Part shown: in pieces, positions 23,837 to 37,213 of the stretch
How positions within the stretch are numbered: the first letter of the stretch is position 1
Layout of the letters: the number at the start of each line of letters is the position of its first letter
DNA from: Bispira polyomma
Lineage: Eukaryota
Direction: 5' to 3'
Assembly (NCBI GenBank): GCA_965649765.1
Contig: OZ287750.1
Span: forward strand, 49,662,001-49,726,000
DNA length: 64,000 nt
Program-made: the position numbers and the translations under genes
The notes under the pieces: model-generated
The model's input: only the letters and a program-made list of their open reading frames with translations
Told to the model about the DNA's origin: nothing
Databases searched by the model: none

Positions 23837-26800
23837 TAGCTGTCATTCTACCATGTGTCAGATATATATCAGCTGTCATCGGCCCACAATAGCAGATTAT
23901 TTTATCCCAATAATGTGTCAGATGTACAGCAGATGAGATCAGATTCTAAAAGAAGCTTCAGCTGTTTTTTTTGGTTAGGGAGCGAAACAAATCGACACAT
24001 ATCTGGAAGATTTTCGGATGTTTTTGTTCAAAACCTATTGTTAGAACTTGATTCTAATGAACTGTGACGCACAATAATCTGATAGGCACATGTATAATTA
24101 GTTGACGTTGTAATCGGCTAGTTGGATCCTAGTCTGATTCTTCCATCTTTGTCTCACCATCTGTATTACACTATATCACAGAAAACAAGATTTGTCTTTT
24201 AAAAAATATATCGGTGCACGGTGTGACTGACACTCCCTCAGTGTGGCCCAAATTGTATTGTAAAGAAGAGTGAAATAATAGATACTCTTTTTTGCACCAG
24301 TGGGGACCGAGACCTGAGCCCACTAGTACATTAGAGATCTTACTCATTTCACGCTGTCCGGCTGTGCCTGATAATCACCTGATAATATAAATCTGACACC
24401 CCTCAGTTTGACCAGGTCGATTGCTTCCAATAAATCCATGAAGGCCTTAGATATTTCCAACACATTGGCGCCCTTTACAGAGTTAATACTATATCAGGCT
24501 GCGCCTGATAATTAAAATAGAACCATCACTGAAAGTGAATGTATCAAATTCCATATAACCACCACCTGTCAATGCCTTGAAACCTTTCTTTGTTAAAGTT
24601 TATCAACAGAACTATTGGATATTTCCAGTGTGCTAAATACAAGTTACTGCTCAAAAATATTTAAGGACCCCCCATTTCCCCCTACTATTTTAGTGCTCCT
24701 CATTAGGAGTCAGGGAAATTTGACAGGTATTGATTGAAATATCCTGTACATGACTGGGTGTATGGTTAGATGTAGGTGTGTCTTGTTGGTTGGAAAAAAG
24801 GGCAACCAATTCTTGTTTGGAAGTACGAGATTACCGTATGGATGGCCTATTTCCATGTCACTGTCTCCCTTTGAGAAAAAAATGGTTCCAGGCATATCTG
24901 ACAGGATTTCAAAAAGTTAGACAAAAAAATACAGAAGCCTATATAGGTCATACATTAACGAAAACAAAACTATCTAGTAATTACAATATCAAAGATAGGT
25001 GTTTCCCGCAATTACAAGATCAGTGTATCTTGTAATATCAAGAAACACTCATTTTGTAATTATAAGAAACACTTATGTTGTAATTACAAGATACATTCGT
25101 TTTCTTTAATGTGTGCCCTCTATAGGCTTCCATAAATAACACAGAGACAAATTGGAGGATGTTTTTATTTATCACCATGGAAGAGTCAATGGCTTGTCGG
25201 CTGGGTACAGTTTTGTCAATATTGCCAGGAAAGCATCTTGTGTTTTTTTTTTGTTTTTTTCTATTCATTCACTTTCTAGTTCAACTCTGATCTGTTTCTA
25301 TCGACATTATAACTGTTTTAAGATCCCATTAAATATATATCAATACTTAGAACTGTGACATTGCTAAATTTACTCAGTATTTAACTCTCCATATTGTTAA
25401 TGAAAACTTTGTCTTCCTTTTCCTATAAACCATTCACTTAGGGTAATGAGGCCATTTTCCCCAAGTAAAAAGTATGTTGAAAAAGATGGCTGTAATTATA
25501 ACGAAAAAAAAAGCATCATTTTGATTAAAATTAAAAAAAAAATTTTCAGCAAACAAAAAACAGAGAATACCCTCAAATACAATCTCATTGAGAAAACAAC
25601 TTACCCAATCAAAAAAGGGAAGAAAGCAGTCACTTTTTATAGTTTTAGCTGCTTTGTTGTTCACTTTTACATTATACTCGGCTGGGAGAAAAACCCCTCT
25701 ATTCATGCCTTTTGTTTGGGCACACATGACTTCCAATAGTTTATCACTGCCTGGAAACAACAGCTAGCAATTTTTGATATCAGAACCCCCAAGGCTTGTT
25801 TTGTGTTTTAAACATACATATAAATATAGCAAAGGTGTTTTTTCTCTTGTAAATCACTGAAGTACAAAAAAGGCTCCCCCTAGCATCTTTGGTGTTCGAA
25901 GAGTGGTGTTCCAGCCTCTTTATGAAAAATTACTTCCATTGAACACATTGGGCGATAATAAACCAGAACAACTCTACTAATTATTGTCCCTTGTAAGCTC
26001 GTCGTAATTAATATTCCTCACTTTTAGTGAAACTTATTTCTCTGGGTTTTATGTTATTTACTAGCATTCAGCATAAGACCTTGTGTAACACTCCAATTTG
26101 TTCAGTATTGTTAGAGATGCTTGTGTTTAATTTACAACAGCTTCTTGTGATGTGGTGATTTTTGTTTTTCAGTGTTGTTCCTTGCTTTTAGCAGCTATTG
26201 AGGGTTATGGCTATAGAAAGTTAACACATAGGCAGTCAAAGCAGGATATCTCACTAAATTTTTCCATTGCTTTATAATTGACAATGTCTCTTGAGACTGT
26301 CTTCTATTTTATATGGACCTTCTATTATTAGAACAAAATGTTGCAGTTAAAAGATCCACATTCAAATAACAGAGGTTCTATGGTCGTCTATACAAACTCA
26401 TACATATGCTGAAAGAAAACACAGTAAAACTAAAGAAGGAAAATAATCTGTAGTTATCCTAGAGTAATCTCATTGCCATAGTTACCTCTACATTGACTAT
26501 AACATTATGAAAAAGTGTGACATATATGATCATGTTTTTATGTCACAAACTGATGTTACAACTACCAGGCTATGGGTATATACAATGGCCTTTATGGAGT
26601 TTTCAGTTTAATATTTTGCATGATTATTTTCTATTTATAAATGGAATTTTTTTATATCATTTTTTTTTATATTATTTTCTATTAAAAAAATATAATTTTT
26701 GATTGCAATTTGAACCACATTTGGGCTTGAAAGCAGGTTGCATTCAAGCAATTATATATCCACATGTAAGTTAACTGTGTATGTCTTGACCAGTAAAAAG

Positions 26801-28395
26801 ATATCTAATGAGCTAATACATAATCTTGCTAAGTTAAATGTAGACTTCTCTACTTTTGAATACTTTTATGACCTCCACCAAATTGGTTGGTTGACTGGTT
26901 CGTTTATCATGATTGCACAAACATACTAATCTGATCAAACTGAAACTAAGTGGATGGCTGGGGTATGGGCCAAGGAAGAAACCATTAAGTGCTGCAGCGG
27001 AACCAGCTAAAATGACCGATCCATGATTTGTTGTTCACTTTTTGACATGGTGGCATCTTAGTGAAAGTGTATGTGACCTAGTCAGTGCACTTCAGGAGTA
27101 AATTATCACTTTACCTGCAAATGAAATTCATATAGTTTGATTAAAAGAATGTACAAGGCAAAGTGCTCTGGAAATATCAATGAAGTATTCAAAAATCTAT
27201 GCTCCCTTCTACATATGGGATTAACATGTATTATCATGACATAGTTTCAACTTGATTACTATATCATAATTTACAAACCTACGGTTTGTGGGTTAATGCT
27301 ACCAGACTTCAGGCTGTTGCTATCTGACCCAGATAATTTGCAATACCAATATTACAAACATGCTACAAAGCTGTTGAGAAAATTATTTTCTTGAAAAGAT
27401 TTACTGTAATACATAAATATCTAGTAGATACTTAAATTATTGTAATGCTAATGTAAAATAACGTATATTTTTTCCTTCTTTGATAGATTGTTATAAATTT
27501 TCCAAGTAACCTATTGGGGGAGGAATATGTTCAGTATAGTTAAGACATGGAATTATCTTGCATAATGTTATAAAATAAGGGGGTGGGGGAGGACTTACAT
27601 GCCTGTGTCTCTAAGTCAGAGTTTATGAGACTGTTAGTCTCTCTGTGTGACTGTCTTTCTTCATCCCCTCTCTTCAGCAGTTACTAATAACATTGTTGCA
27701 TGCCTTGTCTGTTAATATACAACTCACAATACTTCTCCCAGCAGTTTCAGTTTTCCATTGTGTTTACTGACACAGATAATGAGCCAAGGGGAAAAAATGT
27801 AGAGGAACAAGCACTTCTTTTAACAGTGGAAATTATTCCCAAAATACAGGATTATTAACTTTTTCCTCAGCTAGTTAGCATGAAATAAACAGAAAAGTAT
27901 TATTGTGTTAGTCAAATTCTGTATCAGTTTGGCTATTGAACTTCCCCCAAGTTTTCCTAGTCTAGGCTTTAGAAGGTAGTTTTCAGTCCCATTTTGTCTC
28001 CTGAATTTTTCACAATATGAGTATACAGTATTTCAGCATCGTGATATGACCTAAGCTGTTGAAAGCTAGGTAACCCCCAACTAAATTTACATCAATACAC
28101 TGTAAGAACAGGTCCGGTAAAATTAACAAAAACACACCCTTGTAGGCTCAGTGGTGTAGAGATTCTCTCGCTTCTTATTTTAATAATTGAGGTGCGAATC
28201 TCAGCCACGGCATGTATGTGGAAAACGTTTGCAAAAGGCTTGTGGAAGTCGCTCATTTGCATTGCAAAAAACTTTTCTGTATTGCTTTCATCTGCCATAA
28301 AAAAAACTGCCCATTATGATTTAGTGGAATTTACTTAATGTACAGAATGTTGTGAAGCCAGCAGACATCAAGCTGGTATATAACACTTCACATAA

Positions 28396-28918
28396 AGAAG
28401 CGTTCACATTGTCCAAGTTCATACCCCAGCATAGCCCCGGCTAGCCGTTTACTCAAGACCTTAAGAACTTGGCTGATCGGTGGAGAAAAGACGGGAAAAT
28501 GTTCATTTGCATTTGCATATATTTGCATCCCCCGTTTATGACCTGTTTTAGCCCTGTTTTAGACCCATTTAGCCGCGTTTATGCCCAGGTTATTTTACAT
28601 TTTCTTAAGTTTTCTCCAGTTCTGGCCAGATCACACAAGTTCTAAGCAGTTTAAGCCCCGTTTACAAATGTTCTGAGCAGTTCAACTCCCGTTTATGCCC
28701 CGTTCCTGCCTTTTTCTCAAGTTCTCTCAAGATGTGTTTTCAGAGTCGTACTACCATGGAAGTTTTGAACATGTTTAAAATTTCTGGCTGTAGCTCCTGT
28801 TCTTGCAGTTCACCCAAGTTTTACCCCCATTTATGCCTAGTTGTCAGACGTTTGTATAAGTTCTCACACAGAATGGGGGAAGAACGGGACCGAGATCGTG
28901 GACAGTGTGAATGCCACT
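28396..28918. mobile_element. PIF/Harbinger-type MITE (TWA-flanked) with internal gccccgttta repeats
   Basis: TIR agaagcgttcacattgtcca / tggacagtgtgaatgccact; flanks taa / tta; absent at the equivalent site ~11988 in copy B. Confidence 0.75.
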
Positions 28919-28949
28919 TTACTGGTACCAGACTTGTCTTATCTAGAGA

Positions 28950-29310
28950 CTGTGCTTTTAGTTTAGCTGCACCAAAACTATAAAATCAATTACAACATAC
29001 CAACAGGTGTGTCAAACCATCAATGTATTTTCAAAAGAAATTCTCAAAATACACTAGGCCATTGCTATTGTTGTGCTTTCAGTGTAACTGCACCAACAAC
29101 TACATATGAATCAATTGACAACATATCTACAGCTGTGTCAGTTAAACAACTAATCTATGTTTAAAAGAAATTCTCAAAATACACTAGGCCATTGCTGATG
29201 TTGTGCTTTCAGTGTAACTGCACCAACAACTACATATGAATCAACTTACAACATATCTACAGCTGTGTCAATTAAACAACTAATCTATTTTTAAAAGAAA
29301 TTCTCAAATT
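28950..29310. repeat. ~129-bp tandem triplication
   Basis: gtgctttcagtgtaactgcaccaacaactac...aaagaaattctcaaa repeated three times; single copy at 14865-14963. Confidence 0.85.
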
Positions 29311-31577
29311 GATTTAAATCTTCTGGGCTTTATTTCTGTGGCTCTGTTTCCTACATATTTTTATGGGTTGCCATGTTTTTTCTCTAATTTGTAAAGTGTA
29401 GTGATCACTAAATCCCTTTTAATGGAATTTGTGCTATAGAAGCACCCAGTTAAATCTATTATTTAAAACCCAATGCAATTCTGTGAAGTAAAAATTGTGT
29501 ACAATGTCTAACACTTTGATTCACAGTCCTTTCATTAAAATCTCATTCAATTCCTTGGAGTGATCACAATACACATAAACTAATGCTTCTACCGACGTGA
29601 CTATCATTAGAATACATCACACTTCTTTAGATAAAACTATTATGCACAAAAGACAATGATATTTTTACAGAGAGTAATTTGATTACCAGTTCAATTAAGT
29701 TAAGATATTTTTACAGAGAGTAATTTGATTACTAGTTCAATTAAGTTAATTAAATCTGAGTAGTACTGTTTTTTTTTAAATGACGTCATAGCATTTTTGT
29801 ACATTATAACTAACCATGTAACAAGAAACCTATGATGTTAATTTACTCTGCTGCAAAACCAGTCCTCATTGCATGGCAATCAGGAACAAAACAAAACCTA
29901 ACAATGGTAATTTGAATCTGTAGGGATACATTTTTGCACCTTTTAAATCAGTCAGTAAAATGTCATCAACCAGACCAACCCTAATAAAACGCAGGAAATC
30001 AGAATTCCTTATGTATGTTTGAGATAGAATATGAAAGAAATAATCATCGTTTGACTGTTTAAAAAAGCTGAGAAATTACAAAGGTTTGCATATATGAAGT
30101 CCCAAACACCATGTACAGGCTTTATTTATTGTTGATTTAAAGATTTTACTGTAATATCTATGTATAAAAATAAGTACATGCAATAATCATGTGATAACAA
30201 ACGAAAAAGAAAAAATAACAGACACTGCATGACACAAGTATAATGGCACATCTACCATCTGTTGTAAGGCTGTATGTTTAAGAACACATTCTGTGTTTCA
30301 CCCAAATCTATAGAGCTACCATCATTATTTGTTATTGTAAGTAACTTTTTTACCTGTGCTTAAAGTATGACAATTTTTGTGATTGGAAATATTGTTGTTA
30401 ACTGAAATATTTGACCAATTTATTCTAATCAATTCTGGAAAATCACAATATCATCATTATTTAAAGGCTTACTAAATATTTAGGTTGCCTTCCTTTTCTT
30501 TATATATATATCTATCTGACACATTTATTTGGTGCAAGTGATGCTGCTTTAACTATCTTTAAAATATGAAAGTGTGAAGACTGGCTACTTAATCCCATCT
30601 GATGAGAGATTATACACACTAGAGGACAATTACAGCCCTCCCATTTTATTGGTCATAAATACCTATCACAATCATAAAAAAAATGAAACAAATTTGGAAA
30701 ATGTCAGAAATTACCCAGGGGAGTTTGACTCATAACGGTTGGCCCTAGTTCTTTTATCTTCTCTCACGTGACATGATTAGAGGCATAATGAAAAAAATAT
30801 ATACCCAGGAGCTTCTAAAGACGCCTGAATAATTGATAGGTATTGCTTCTAACAAATAGAAGAGACCTCACCTCAGAATCTCTTGCAAATTAACTGTATC
30901 AGCATCTACCGGGGATACGTTTACAAAAATACGATGGCCTCAACATCAATTTTTAACATATTTTAGAACCATTTAATCATGTATATTGATATATAGCTTG
31001 CAATTGAATATTCCAACTGAAACCTGAAATAACTTATTTATAATTAATGAATAATTACACATTTATCTATATTTTTCTAGATTTACACAATGCTTTTAGT
31101 TTCTCCTCATCACCTATAACATGCATGTTCAACTAAACACCAAACGTGTATCAATTATTCCTAGGATAACCTCTTTCTGTTGTTCCATGTTGGCACAGAA
31201 TAGCTACAATTCTTATGTCCTTTGAATTAGTAATGACAGTCAAACGATAATGGTTCTCGGATGGCTTACCCCCATAACAGGATGCCCTAGGCAGGAAATT
31301 GTCAGAAAGCTGTTTTTATGTATTCACTCCTCGTTTATTTTGTACAAATGGAATCCTTAAGAACCCAGAAAGCAACCCCCAGGGTTGGCCTGAATAATCT
31401 TAACAAAGCTAAACAGGAGTTACTTCCTTTATTTGTCATTGTGCTGCCCCCCAGTTGCAGACTAGGTACAGTGTATAATATTATGACAAGCCTGGCCAGT
31501 ATTTACTTTTTGCCATAATAAGCTATATCTAAACTGTTATTCCACAGCAGAATTTTATTGCCCCAGCACGGTATATG

Positions 31578-34500
31578 GTAATCTAATCTAGTCGTACTTT
31601 TATAGCACTTAATCTTTGTACAACAAATTCTAAGGCGCAACAAACCCAAAACGTTAATCAAAAATCAAAAATAGTGGACGGATGGAAGTCGTAACCAGGG
31701 AGACTACCGTAAATGGTTGCGACGACTAAGGTGGAAAAGCCAGTTTAAAAAGATAGGCCTTCACCTTACTCCTGAAAGAGGAGAAAGTTTGAGCCAGGCG
31801 AACATGATCAGGTAGGCTGTTCCAAATAAGGGGGCCATCATGAGCTAGGCAGTGATTGAACTGAACTTTGGATTTGTGGATGCGAGGGTCGAAAGTGGGA
31901 ATGTTAAGGTATAATTTGTCAGGGTTACTGCGCCTTGTCCTGACTGAGCATGTATATTTGGATAGATGGGGGCTAAAATAAGTGGGTAATCCAGAATTTA
32001 GAAATTTATATATTATTGTTGCTGTTTTGAAAGCAACACGATATTTTATTTGGAGCCAGTGCAGTGACTTGAGTACAGGAGTAATGTGGGAAAATTTAGA
32101 AGTTTTGGTCACAATACGTGCCAATGAGTGTTGGATATTCTGAAGGCGTCTGAGATCACTACGAGATAAGGAATGGAACAGAGAGTTGCAGTAATCAAGC
32201 CTGCTGCTGACCAAAGCATTGGCAAGAGTGATTTGGAAAGATAGCGTCGAATCCGCCTGAAATCACGGAGGCCAACAAAACATAATCTACACACAGATGC
32301 GACATGGTTAGAGAAGGAGAATTCAGAGTCGAACACCACACCCAGGTTTCGTACTTTGTCAGCTGGAAAAATCCTGCTGCCAAGAATGTCAAGTGGAAAA
32401 TAGCTGGACAATTTTTCCCGTTGCGACTTGGAGCCAAACAAAATAAACTCAGTCTTCTCAGGGTTCAGCTTGAGTTTATTTGCTGCCATCCAGTGTTGTA
32501 CATCAACAAGGCAGTTCTGTAAGGAAGTGAAAGCTGCCTGGGCAGAGTCAGGTGTAAGGTGGATGTACAGTTGGGTATCATCAGCATAGAAGTGAAAGTT
32601 TATGTTTTTGTATGCAGCAATAATCTTGCTGAGTGGAGTGGTGTACATGGAAAACAAAATGGGACCCAGGACGGAACCTTGGGGAACACCAAATTTTAAC
32701 CATGTTGGGTCGGATAAGATATTGCCAATTTTGACTGATTGGAACCTATCAGACAAATATGCCGTGAACCACTTAAGCGCCATACCACTGATACCAAACC
32801 AAGACGATAGGCACTCAAGAAGAACTTTGTGATCAATAGTATCAAAGGCTGCTGACAGATCCAGCAGTACTAAGGCAGTAGGCATACCTTTGGATAAAGA
32901 TGTATGAACATCATTTTTGATGCAGAGAAGTGCAGTCTCAGTAGCTCAGTAGAATGACCACTTTTGTATGCTGACTGATACTTATTGGACAGATTGCTGA
33001 CATCAACATGTTGTTTGATCTGTAAGGCAACCGCGCGTTCTACCAACTTAGAGATATAACAAAGGCCTGAGACAGGACGGTAATTTTTCAAGTCAGCCTT
33101 TGGAAGAGAAGGTTTTTTTATTAAAGGAGTGACAATAGCCTTTTTAAAATCTGGAAAGACGCCATTTATCAACGAGAGGTTGATAAGTTTTGTGATTGAG
33201 TGCAATAAAATGTCAATACATTCCTTGACAAGGAATGTGGGACACGGATCTAGCAAGCAAGATTTTACGGATGATGCCAGTATAATTTTCCTGACTACAT
33301 CAACAGTTACTGTGGAGAAACAGTTGAAGACGGTTGGTGGAGCTGTTGGTAAAGGGGCATTTGGGGCAGCTAATGTAAAACCGTCACAGATTTTGGTTAT
33401 TTTATCAGTGAAAAAAGTACTAAAAATGTTTGCCAGTGATTTGCTACTGGAATTTTCGGGTAGTATAGTCTGTTTTTTACGGTGGAGGTGCTTCTTCAAT
33501 GTCTTTGATTTACATGGCGCATGGTGTTCTATAAGAGACTGCAGGTCAGCGCAGTACTGTGTGTATAGGTCAGTGGCATTATCAGCAGGAGACTTGACGA
33601 AGGCCGTATCTGCCAACTCTCGTCTAAGGTCAGATATATTGATTCTTTGAGATTGCTAAAAAGTGATTTGTGTGACATCAAAAGATGGTGGGGAGAGAGC
33701 ATCAATTTCACAAGATATCGAAAAATGATCACTGATGCAATCAATGTTTTTTATGTTTCTGATACTATTGAAATCAGTCGGAGTTAGCAAGCAGTCTAGT
33801 GTATGCCCATGAATATGGGTAGGGAAGTTTATGTGTTGGGTAAGATTGCAAGATTCCAAAACTGTGGAAAACCGATTACTATTTCCAGATGCAGTGTCTA
33901 TGTGAATATTAAAATCCCCACAGAATACAGTAGGAGAGGGTAACGAGCAAGTAAACCCAACAAAAGACATGAATTCTTCGAAAAATGTAGTGAGATTTGA
34001 GCCAGGAGGCCGATAAACTGTTGCAAAATTTAAACAGTGGTTTTTCCAGTGAGCAGAGACAAGGATGAGTTCAAAAGATGTAAAACTTGGTGTAGCAACT
34101 AATCGACATTCATAGTTTTTCTTAATAAAAAATCCCACCCACCGGATATGTGGGACCGGATGGCAGGACAAATTGTTTTCTTCTAGGTGGTATTGCATTG
34201 CCAATGAATTAGACAGTGTGGAGTTGTTGCGGTAGTAAAACAGAAGGAGGGACAGGTACATGACGGCCGCCCTAATGATAAACATATTGTAAGGGGAGGA
34301 GTGAGATACAAGAATAACAACAGTAAAAATATATAGTGGTGATGGACAGTAATAGGTGATTGTATTCAGTACAAAAGGTGTACCGAACACAAAAAAAACA
34401 AAAAAAACAAAAACAGTAAATATATATAGTGGTGATGGACAGTAATGGGTAATTGTATTCAGTACAAAAGGTGTACCGAACACAAAAAGTTATAGTATAA

Positions 34501-34770
34501 AAAAGTTACAGTATAAAAAATAACAATAACAACAACCACAGACAATATATATAGTGGTAATGGGCGATAATAGGAGATCGTTTTCAGTATCACCCAAACT
34601 GCAGAAAAAAACAAATGTTGTACAAAGATTAAACATAAAATGACAAAAAGATTATATGCTAACTTGTGAGGAGTAATTTCGAGTAAACAAAAGCCAAAAA
34701 CGTGGGTATAAAAGACTAGATTATCTTGAATTTTCAAATTTTCGATGAGATGCCGCCACAACCGGAAGTC
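31578..34770 (-). mobile_element. Near full-length degenerate L2 (CR1 group) LINE: APE endonuclease plus RT
   Basis: APE: VYRPP, GDFNIH, THIHGHTLD, ISDHF. RT: KNYRPVS, LLDLSAAFDTIDH, GVPQGSVLGP, YADD. C-terminus LHWL...KAYLFKLAFPP; (AGATT) tail; several frameshifts. Confidence 0.93.
34320..34600. repeat. ~95-120 bp tandem repeats in the 5' region of the L2
   Basis: atatatagtggtgatggacagtaat...gtattcagtacaaaaggtgtaccgaacac occurs twice, plus a diverged third copy. Confidence 0.85.
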
Positions 34771-35449
34771 AAGATGTCAATCGGTCAATCGTTACCACTC
34801 GCCACAAACAAACTCGTCACCACAGCAATCAACTGTGTATTGTATAATTTACATTTTTAACATGCTTTATTGATGTGATACAATCATGTCTCCTACAACA
34901 TAGCATGGGCCATCATAGGTGGGCATTGGTGTGTTTACATCTTGCCCAAGGATGTTATCCTACCAATAAACCTAGCGGCATCAGCACAAATCAAACTGGG
35001 GACGTTGTGATCATCATACCAACTCCCTAACCACTGGGCCATGGGAGATCACGCCTGTGCTATATATATAAAAATGCACAGGCTTTAATTTTTTCTACTT
35101 TCACTACTCCATGCGTTTTCCCTATGGTAAGGGCTATTGTACTTAACTACTTAAAACTGAAAAAAAGGAAAGTAAAACCTCTTCAAAAGTAGTAAGATAT
35201 ATAATTTTATTTCACATTACTTATAACACTATATAATATATGTGACATTCATTACAAAATAGAACCAACAATTGAATTCATACGGTAAATATATTGGGAA
35301 AAAACCTACACTGTTCCATCCTCGTTTAAGCCATCATTATCTTTCTTAGAACAGTTTATCAAGATCATTTCGTGTACTGTCATGGCCTACCTGTACTAGG
35401 TTGAATTATATTACATCTTGATGTCAGAGGTAGCATGAGTTCCGTGAAG

Positions 35450-36545
35450 ACACCAGAAGGTTTCTGCTCACTTTGATCTCCCATTCGGTTTCCCTCAAGG
35501 TTCTGTCCTAGGCCTCCTTCTGTTTTCACTGAACGCTGCTCCCCTCGCAAGTATAATAACCACACACTTCAATATCATTTATCACTTCTATGCAGATGAT
35601 ATTCAGATCTACTGCTCCCTCACTCCCAAAAATTGTTCCCATGTCCTGGAACAGTTTTCTAGCTGCCTCTCTTTGATCGAATCTTGGAGGAGTAATTCAT
35701 AATTGAAACTCAACCCTGACAAAACTGAATTCCTACTTATTGGCTCCAAACGTCAAAGGTAAAAGGTTCTTGACTTCTTTCCTACTATTCTCCTTGGTAA
35801 TAGCACTGTTCCTGCTGACAGTGCGAAGAACTTAGGAGTTACTTTTGACTCTGACTTCTCCTTCAAAAAATTATGTATCGAATATCTGTCATTTCTGCTA
35901 CTGCAACATCTGTGACTTTCGCAGGATTCGACGGCATTTAACCCAAGAAAATGCCATTGCAGTGACAAATGCCTGGTATCAAGTTGACTAGATTACTGTA
36001 ACTCACTACTATATGGAATTGGACAGGGCCAAATAAACAAGCCACAGAAAATTCAAAATAACCTGTGCAGAATAGTAAGCCATGCTGGCCCTCACACTCA
36101 CACAACTTCCCTGCTTAAACAATTACATTGGCTACCTATTGAGTTCTGTATTAAATTTAAGGTAATTGTCCTCATTATTAAGACAGTTCATGTACATCAA
36201 CCTGCCTACTTATCATCTATCTCTCAGCAATCTCACCAGAGGCCATCGTCTCTTCACCTCTGGTTTCCTACCAAAAAAATCAGCTGGATCAAAAACATTC
36301 TTAGTTGCAACACCTGCTTAGTGGAATAGCCTCCCTACCAGTCTTCGGACTGAGACAAGCATCACAGGTTTCAGAAAAAAATTCAAAATACATCTGTATC
36401 GGCTCACTTTCCCACCCTATTATTCATTTGATGGTCACGACTGAATCTCTGATCATAAACCTTTTCCCATCTACCAGACTATCCTTTTCCACACTTACTA
36501 GGATATGTGCCACAGAGGATGCCTGTTCATCAATTGTTTTGTAAT
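35450..36545 (+). mobile_element. 5'-truncated, heavily decayed L2 LINE
   Basis: GFPQGSVLG, YHFYADDIQIY, KLNPDKTEFLLIG, AKNLGVTFDS, LDYCNSLLYG, LHWLPI, WNSLP. Confidence 0.88.
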
Positions 36546-37213
36546 AGGAGTTAAAAACATTAACTTAAAACACACAATTAAGTGTAAGAGAGTGCAGCTT
36601 GTGGCTTGTTTTCATAAAATTGTGGTCATCAAAGAGCCATTTTCATGTATGTGAAATGCAGCTTCTGTTAAAACATCAAACTCAGGCGCTGTATTCACAA
36701 ACATTGCTAAAAAACACTTCTTAGAATTTTCTTAGTTTTAACCAATCAGATTCTTTAAAAACAATATTTTCTGCCAATCAAAGTGATTGAGACAAATATT
36801 TAGAAATAGGAATCTTTGTGAATACCAGCCTTGACTGAATGTAGAAAGTTATAGTTTTCAGAATGAAATACCATATTTGGAATAACCACTCTTCCAGCCA
36901 TAACTATAAGCCAGACACGTGGATTTGTAAAGATAAGCTTTAATGTGCAAGGTTCATTATCAAACCCTCTTTGCGCTATGACTTTTAACTTTCCACAACA
37001 TTACTTTAAAATTCATTAAGGCCAGCCTTATCGTTCTTATTTTACTTTGATATCATAAATAATGTGTATTTTCAGGAATAGAGAAAACTTTTAAGCGTTA
37101 AATATATATGCAAGGGTTCAATTTGATTACCAGTTAGACATAATACTAGAACTTCCCAGAACCATGCAGGACTGTCCAACTGGTAATAATACCAGATAGC
37201 CAAATCCGGCTGA

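Larger units (their letters stand above)
21285..29482. repeat. Copy D of segmental repeat (most complete copy)
   Basis: Contains nearly all blocks seen in A, B and C in the same order (it has a deletion near 22605). Confidence 0.85.
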
